Below are positions 53,358 through 64,000 of a stretch of 64,000 nucleotides of DNA, piece by piece. Below the pieces are notes generated by a model. That model had not been told where the DNA came from. It saw only the letters and a program-made list of their open reading frames with translations, and searched no databases. A program made the translations under genes and the position numbers. Within the stretch, counting starts at the first letter, position 1; the number at the start of each line of letters is the position of its first letter. Source of the stretch: Octopus sinensis (Eukaryota); contig NC_043001.1 in the NCBI RefSeq assembly GCF_006345805.1, forward strand, positions 62,496,001 to 62,560,000. The letters run 5' to 3'.

Positions 53358-54323
53358 ATTGCAGGAGGCCATAAGCGGCCTCGTGCCACTTATATCACAG
53401 TCTTCTCCCCCGCACTCTTTAATTACTAGTTTGTTTTCTTCTTTATTTACATATCCTCTGTAACGGTCTTAACTTTTGCCCTTTGTAGAGATGGATAAAT
53501 CTTGGTCAATTCAATTGTGAACAACAGGTGGTGGTCTCTACAATATTTCAGTAAGTACACCATTACAAGAACCCTATGGTTTTGTTTTTAGAAAAATTTT
53601 TAACTAGCCCTGTTTACGATATCATAAGAACTATTCTTTTTCTAGACATATTGGTAATTCTTGTCTTATTTTAGTACTAACTTTATTTCACTACTAGTCA
53701 AACACCCTGGTTCCCCCTTTATATAGAAATAACTGTAGATATTTCCCTAGGCCACTGTTAGTTTCACTCTTTTGACAATCAACTTCAAGCTCCATGCTGT
53801 AAGATAGTATGATTTTAATACATTGAGCCTTCTGGCCTCATCTCTAGGCCCTGTTCTTTCCTATTCCCTCTTCCCTTCATTTATTTTATTTTACGCTTTT
53901 GTATTCACTCTGATGATGTTCCATGTACTAGATCGAATGTGCTATAAAGATGATGAATATTATTTTTGGAATTTCTTTCGTAAGCACCAACTAACACTGG
54001 AAGTGGAAACAGCTGTAAGAAATATTATGTCATGTTTTGTATTAAAAAATAATCAACCGATGTGGTTCAATTTGTTTGTTGATCAAAAGTTTTCTCCATT
54101 TTCTGATTATTTAAATTTGATTTCTGATAAACTTTTGTTTATTCTGTTGTTACCTGTACCCTATGAGCATAATGTGCCTGCATGCCCATGCCCAGGCATA
54201 GCACAGGTAATTGATATTGACGTAAATCCGGAAACTATCATCGCTTAGTCAGTTATTACAACCACTAACTCTGCTTACCTTATATATATATATATATATA
54301 ATGATATATATACATAAACAAAT

Positions 54324-54548
54324 GTGAAGGTGCGTGGCTCAGTGGTTAGAGCATCGAGCTTACAATTGTGAGGTTTTGAGTTCTGTTCCCAGATCAGGTT
54401 GCATGTTGTTTTCTTGAGCAAGACACTTTATTTCACGTTACTCCAGTTCACTTAGCTGTAGAAATGAGTTGCGACGTCACTTGGGCCAAGTTGTATCAGC
54501 CTTTGCTTTTCCCTTGGATAACATCGGTGGTGTGGAGAAGGGTGACTG
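54324..54548 (+). mobile_element. tRNA-derived SINE
   Basis: gtggctcagtggttagagc A-box, gagttctgttcc B-box-like, body cttgagcaagacactttatttcacg. Confidence 0.8.
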
Positions 54549-55149
54549 CTGGTCTTCCTCCCAAGAGAACAATCTTCGGTTTTGTGTTTGCCGGTGAGGT
54601 GACTTTCTGCCCAGAATTGTACCCCAGAGGGGCACCCCATAAGTGCACCCAATATATATATTTTGGATGACTGAAGTTGCAAAATTTCTTGTCAAGAACA
54701 GCCACATAAATGGTGTAATGAAATTGAAAGGAAAACATTGAAATTTCCTCTCTGCAAGTTTATGTTTTCAACAGCAAAGGGAGCTATATTTTTTTTGAGA
54801 GATAAGCTAACGAAAGCCCCTTTATTCTGTCTTCCCATATAGCCTGCACATAAAGTAACAGCAAATGCTGCATGAAGTTAAAAGGTTGATTCTTTGGGAC
54901 AAATCATATGTGGTTGTTTAAAAAAGGTTACAATGACAATGCTAAAACATATTTGAAACAATGGACAACAGTTGAAATATGATAATGGATGGGTAAATAA
55001 TCATCCTCAAAGTGAAACAACACAGTGATAGGTAAACAAAGGTATTAACAAACAAAAAAATTAATGCAGTTTGAATATGGAGATTAAGATTGTTTGATAT
55101 TGGATATTCATCGCAAACAATGTTCATAGTTAATTTAATCACCATGGCA

Positions 55150-55600
55150 GGTGGACAGTCGAAATAAATAAATAGACAAAATCCTTTCAGTTTTATAAAA
55201 AAGGTTAAAAAAGTATAGAAGACCCTACACATACAAAAACTATGTCCATTTAGATCCATTTAGGCAGAAGTTCTGGGCAAAGTGTTTAGGGCATGACCAT
55301 CCTTGGGGCTTAAGTAATATGTGTGTAAAGTTTTATGAAAATCAGTTGAGAATTGTGGAAATGTGTGTGTTCAGTGTTCCTAGTCAATTTAATCACAGTC
55401 ACTGGTGGACAGTAGAAATAAATAGACAAAATTCTTTCATTTTTATAAAAAGATTAAAAGTGTATTGAAAACTATGTCCATTTATGCGGGAGCTCTAGTC
55501 AAAATGTTATATTGCATGACCATCCTTGGGACATAAGTACTGTGCATGTAAAGTTTGGTGAAAATTGGTTGAGAATTGTAGAAACGTATGCATTAGTCAT
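55150..55600. repeat. Two diverged ~250-bp tandem units, possibly Helitron/DINE-like remnants
   Basis: ggtggacagt.gaaataaata...catgaccatccttggg...gtaaagttt..tgaaaat..gttgagaattgt occurs twice. Confidence 0.55.
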
Positions 55601-55860
55601 TATACACACAAATACTGTAACATATATACTAGATATAAATGTATATATGTGTATGTATATATATGTATATATTTTACATATATATATATATATATATTAT
55701 ATATACATACACATATATATATACACATACATATATATATATATATTTATATATGTCTTTATATATATATATATATATATATATACTAGTAGCTAAGCCC
55801 AGTTTCACCCAGTTGGTTTGGATGATGTGGCTGTAAAACCTGCTCCGCATAAGCATTCAA

Positions 55861-55960
55861 NNNNNNNNNNNNNNNNNNNNNNNNNNNNNNNNNNNNNNNN
55901 NNNNNNNNNNNNNNNNNNNNNNNNNNNNNNNNNNNNNNNNNNNNNNNNNNNNNNNNNNNN
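55861..55960. other. Scaffold gap (100 N)
   Basis: Run of n. Confidence 1.
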
Positions 55961-56080
55961 CCAACATTCGTTGTCAAGCATGGTGGGGACAATCACAAGC
56001 ACAACACGCACACACACACACATACATGCATACACATATACACAAATACATACATATATATAATATGTGTATATATATAT

Positions 56081-56337
56081 TGCAGCGAGGAAGGTGTTGT
56101 AAGCCATTTAAGAAACACACAAAAAACCGTTACATTCACTTCACATTTAAATTTAATTTGCCAAAATATTTTCGTCGCTTTCAGACCGTGACCTGTTCAC
56201 TGACAAAAAATATCGTGCTAACAGGTCGCGGTCTCAAAGCGACGAAAATATTTTCACAAATTAAATTTAAATGTTGAAGTGAATCTAACGGTTTTTGTGT
56301 GTTTCTTAAATGGCTTATAAACACCTTCAACGCCGCA
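56081..56337. mobile_element. Palindromic MITE-like element
   Basis: ~120-bp imperfect inverted arms (tgcagcg...cgccgca) around a short spacer; substitution-type differences. Confidence 0.75.
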
Positions 56338-56506
56338 ACTGTTTTCGTTCCAGCACACGATCTCAGATCAAGTCACTTGCTATGCAAGTACATCTCTGTA
56401 ACTATATATATATATATTTATATATATAGTATATGGTATATTGGTAAAAACAGTAAGATAACAAAAGAAAGAAAGAGACCTCAATATTATGTAAGTATAG
56501 AGGAAA

Positions 56507-56900
56507 TCTTATATATAAAAGTGAGGTTGTGTGTCTGTCTCCTACGATTTAGATTCCTAACTACTCCCACATTTTGCGGTGCAGTTGAACCAAAACCGGG
56601 TATCTTATAGTCATGATTCATATTGAGACCGTCTGGGTATTAGCGCGCGTCTACGATGAGTCTACGATTTTAAAAAAAATTTACCATCGATTTTTCCCAT
56701 TTTTAATCCATTTTTGACATATATAAGGGAAGTAACTCTCTAAAATTTATTATTAAATCTCAGAACGTAAAAAGCTACAGTAACACCCCTCCCCCTTTGT
56801 GGTTAGCCATATTGAGATGGCTATTATACTTTACATCTCTAAAAATGCTTATATAATTATTTCCCTTACAAACCCGAGCAACGCCAGGCGATACTGCTAG
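56507..56900 (+). mobile_element. Non-autonomous Helitron
   Basis: 5' TC (A|TCTTATATATAAA); 3' GC-rich hairpin cccgagcaacgccagg followed by CTAG|T; inserted between A and T. Confidence 0.8.
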
Positions 56901-56932
56901 TATACATATATATATATACATATATATATATA

Positions 56933-59900
56933 CCCACAATATACAAGACCACCACAGCAAACAGACCCAAGATGGACACCGCTGGCAACAATATACACCT
57001 CACCTCGATGCTCCTACTGAACATTAGAGGACTGCAAACACTCAGTAACAGGACAAAAATCCCGTTCTTGAGAGACTTTGTTGCATGCAATCAAGCCTTA
57101 TGCATAGCACTTACAGAAACGCACCTGAAACCGGACATAGCAGATGCGAATTACACATACCACAGTATGTTTTACTACGGACCGACAGAAAAGAAAGGAG
57201 TCATGGAGGAGTTGCTATGTACATCCGTGAGGACCTCACACCCCAGGTCCTTTTGTCATACTCAAACTCGGTGTGTGACACACTAATTGTACATATAAGG
57301 CAACTTGATGTAGTTGTGTGTGCTACATATCGCCCTCCAGATGCCCCAAGCCATGTAGGTAAGTTTGAAGACTGCCTTATAAAAATAGAAGTTTTAATCA
57401 CATTACAACAACACATAAGTGTACTTATTATGGGAGACTTCTATCTACCCAATGTCAGATGGCCCGAGGGCCTTTCTCTCCCAGGAATGACAAGATGTGA
57501 ACGAGGACAGGCGAGGTCCCTCCTGAACCTCATCAACACCCTGTACATTGAGCAAGTAATACTCCAACCAACCAGGGCAGGTAACACACTGGATCTCTGC
57601 TTCACAAATAATATGGATCTCATCCATAATGTGAAAGTGACACCGACACTACTCTTGGATCACAACATAGTAGAGCTGACCATGTACGGGCCAAAAGAGA
57701 GCATGGACATGCAGCCTACAAGAAACCCTCAGAATCTTTCCAGCTTGAACTACCATAAGGCAAACTGGAAACAAATTGAGAAAGAGATCCTCAAACAAAA
57801 CTGGCCTGAATGTCTCTCCTCAAACAAAACTGGCCTGAATGTCTCTCCTCGCCAGACATCGACGTGAAACTTCAACAATTCATGTCTGTAATGCAAGCCA
57901 TATGCTACAAATGTGTCCCAGAGAAAAAGGCACTGTACACAAGACAAAATCCCAGAGAGAGGAAAATTTTAATGAGACGGCATACAAAAATTTCAAATCG
58001 CCTAAACAAACAAATTGAAAGCAGTGAAAAGTCCCGCCTGAAAATAAAACTGTTGGAAATTGAAAAATCTCTGCAACTCTCCCATGAAAAGGAAAGAGCA
58101 GACAAAGAAGCCTGGGCTATAGACAACATAAAATCTAACCCCAGAGCTTTCTACAGGTATGCCAAAGAAACAGCTACAGTGCACTGTGGGATAGGGCCAC
58201 TCCTTGAAAAGGATGGCACACTCACAGGAAAACCAATGAGGGTAAGTGAAATACTGAATGAGCAATTCAAGAGTGTTTTCACTCCACCCCTTGGGCATCT
58301 CCAAATCACCAATCCAACTGACTTCTTTACCACTGCAGATATAAAATCACAGGCGGCGACAATAGATTACATTGATATAAAGGAAGACGATGTAATAAAG
58401 GCCATAGATGAAATGAAAACAGACTCAGCTACTGGCCCCGATGGATTCCCGGCAATCCTCCTCAAAGTATGTAAGAGAGTCCTAGCAAGACCACTGCAGT
58501 TCCTCTTTCAGAGCTTCCTTGCAGCTGGCAAACTTCCAAGAAAACTGAAGGAAGGTAAAATATGCCCTATTCATAAAGGAGGTAGCAGAGCGGAGGCCAA
58601 GAACTACAGACCTATCTCTCTGACCTCACACATCAGCAAGGTCATGGAACGAATAGTCAGAAGGAAACTGATCACCTTCCTTGAAGAAAATGACTTGCTG
58701 CCCGACACCCAACATTGTTTCCGACCAGGGAGAAGCTGTTTAACTCAGCTCCTACAACACTATGACTGGGTGCTGAAACGACTGCTCAACCACTCAAATG
58801 TGGAAGTCATATATCTCGACTTTGCAAAGGCCTTTGATAAAGTCGATCATGGAATGATACGTCACAAACTGCGTGATCTCAACATAGTTGGAAAACTGGG
58901 AGAATGGCTTCATGACTTTCTGAAAGATAGAAGTCAGGTGGTAGTAGCCAATGGGGCCACTTCCATTAACACGCAAATAGTGAGCGGTGTTCCGCAAGGC
59001 ACTGTCTTGGGACCACTACTGTTCATAATAGCCCTCTCAGACATGCCCTCAGCCACGCAGAGAGCCACGATCACAAGTTATGCAGATGATACAAAAAGTT
59101 TCACAGCAATACAGAACCCTAAGGACACTAACGCCTGCAATGTAGCTGGACAAAATATACAGTGGGCTGAAAAGAATAGCATGCAGTTCAATGCTGAAAA
59201 GTTTCAAGCTTTATACTATCAGCATGCAAAACTAAATGCAATACCCAATGAATACACTGGACCCGGAGGAATTGCAATCCCAGAGGCACAATCAGTGCTT
59301 GACCTGGGAATTTACGTGAGTGATGACGCAACCTTTCGTGTACATGTTGCTAATTTGGCAATGAAATGTAGACGACTGGCCGGATGGATTCTCAGAACCT
59401 TCAGAACAAGAGAACAAGAAACCATGATGGTCCTCTGGAAGACACTTGTCCTAAGCCACTTTGACTATTGCTCTCAGTTATGGTCACCAGCTACATGAAG
59501 AAGATAGCCTCTATGCAGAATATAACCTACTGGGAAAGACTCAAGAGATTAAAACTATATTCCTTGGAGCGTAGGCGGGAAAGATATGCCATAATATACA
59601 TCTGGAAGATCCTGGAGGTACGTGTCCCAAACTTTGGCATCGAGAGTTACACAAAGGCCAGAACTGGGCGCCACTGCGTGGTGCCTAGGACTCCAAATTT
59701 GCCATCAAGATGTAGGACAAGATACTGTGATAGCTTGGGCTTCCAAGGCCCACAGCTCTTCAATATCCTCCCGAAGAACCTAAGAGACCTGCATGGGGTG
59801 GATGCAGATGTCTTTAAAATGAAACTGGATCTCTTCCTGTCAGGTATCCCAGATGAACCAACTTCACGGCAGGAGGTGCAGATGAGGGCAGCTGCATCAA

Positions 59901-60030
59901 ACTCTCTCATACACCAAATGGCAGTTGCTAAACAGCTTTCGTGAAGTAAAACCATGTAGCAATACCAAATGGCGGTGCCCCAGCATGGCCACAGCTCATG
60001 AGCTGAAACTAGAATCAATCAATCAATCAA
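56933..60030 (+). mobile_element. CR1/L2-group LINE, copy 2 (ORF2 only, frameshifted)
   Basis: Highly similar to 33880-36986. Has a 29-bp tandem duplication at ~57790-57850, a ~40-bp deletion near 59490, and a (TCAA)n tail. Confidence 0.95.
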
Positions 60031-62868
<2,838 letters not shown>

Positions 62869-63139
62869 ATTCAAATTTACACATGACTTACTTAGGGTCC
62901 ATGCAGTTTCATTGGCCCAAAACAAATTTCAACTTCTTGCATTAGGTGAGCCTGGAGCAATCTCTTATCTCTTAAATTATTTCAGTATTACATGTCAAAA
63001 CTGAAACAATAACATCTCTATTGTTATGAGATAATACTTTCAGTTTTAATAGGTTTCACTATTAATACTTTCACTTTCTATATATAATACTTTCATTTCT
63101 ATTGCTTTCACTATATATTTATATACATGTTTGTAATTA

Positions 63140-63179
<40 letters not shown>

Positions 63180-63188
63180 GCAAATATA

Positions 63189-63230
<42 letters not shown>

Positions 63231-63241
63231 GATATATTTGC

Positions 63242-63285
<44 letters not shown>

Positions 63286-63557
63286 ATTATATACAACATG
63301 TATATAAATATAGTGAAAGCAATAAATGAAAGTATTATAGATTAGAAAGTGAAAGTATTAATAGTGAAACTTATTAAAACTGAAAGTATTATCTCACATA
63401 ACAATAGAGATGTTATTGTTTCAGTTTTGACATGTAATACTGAAATAATTTAAGATATAAGAGATTGCTCCAGGCTCACCTAATGCAAGAAGTTGAAATT
63501 TGTTTTGGGTCCATGAAACTGCATGGACCCTAAGTAAGTCATGTGTAAAATTTGAAT
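62869..63557. repeat. Inverted duplication (~260-bp arms) around a microsatellite spacer
   Basis: 62869-63130 is the reverse complement of 63297-63557. The right arm continues into a Helitron/DINE-like motif (aatcgattgggtagttcttgagtttt...acagacagacag). Confidence 0.88.
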
Positions 63558-63627
63558 GTAATCGATTGGGTAGTTCTTGAGTTTTAGTGATGTACACATA
63601 CGGATCCACAGACAGACAGATACACAT

Positions 63628-64000
63628 TCTCCAAATCCCTTCAGGTAGATGGCTCTGCCCAATCTGTAGTAGAGGCATAGGTAGAAACTCTATAAGATGT
63701 ACCCAGTGTAAGCTATGGACACATAAGAGGTGCAGTAATATCAAAGGAAGGCTAACTGGGAAGATAGTGTTTGTATGTGGCAGATGCTCGGGAGCAATAA
63801 ACACTGAAAATGCACATAGAACAACTTCCGACACATTCCAGGGACTGTGTGACACGTGTACGAACAGCCATGCTACATGGCAGTGAAACATGAGCTGTGA
63901 CTGCTGAGGACATGCATAATCTCGTAAGGAATGTAGCCAGTATGATCCGATGGATGTGTAATATCAGTGTGCATACTCGACAGAGTGTAAGTACCTTGAG
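63628..64000 (+). mobile_element. RTE fragment with PHD-like finger, internally deleted
   Basis: QIPSGRWLCPICSRGIGRNSIRCTQCKLWTHKRC...CGRC; homologous to 47580-48120. Confidence 0.88.

Overview
AT-rich, microsatellite-dense metazoan genomic DNA. The SINE, RTE and Penelope repertoire suggests a coleoid cephalopod such as Octopus; this is inference, not a database match. No intact host gene is evident, only weak candidate exons, and nearly all (YI)n-type ORFs in the track are translated (AT)n/(ATAC)n repeats. The window is a layered set of transposable elements: CR1/L2-group LINEs (3 pieces), RTE LINEs (one family with a PHD-like finger inside RT), an R4/Dong-like RLE LINE, two Penelope-like elements (RT + GIY-YIG), three mariner copies, tRNA-derived SINEs, a non-autonomous Helitron, a MITE, and a young non-autonomous Ty3/gypsy-type LTR element with a single 641-codon mosaic ORF. 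Two features stand out. First, manual folding finds about 13 type I hammerhead ribozyme motifs, 10 of them in five outward-pointing inverted pairs; six belong to a non-coding, microsatellite-rich family. Second, there are at least 8 inverted duplications, most of them asymmetric with the shorter arm fused to an (AT)n tract at an AT microhomology. Several have CpG-type transitions between arms, which argues they are real rather than assembly artefacts. There is one 100-N scaffold gap.
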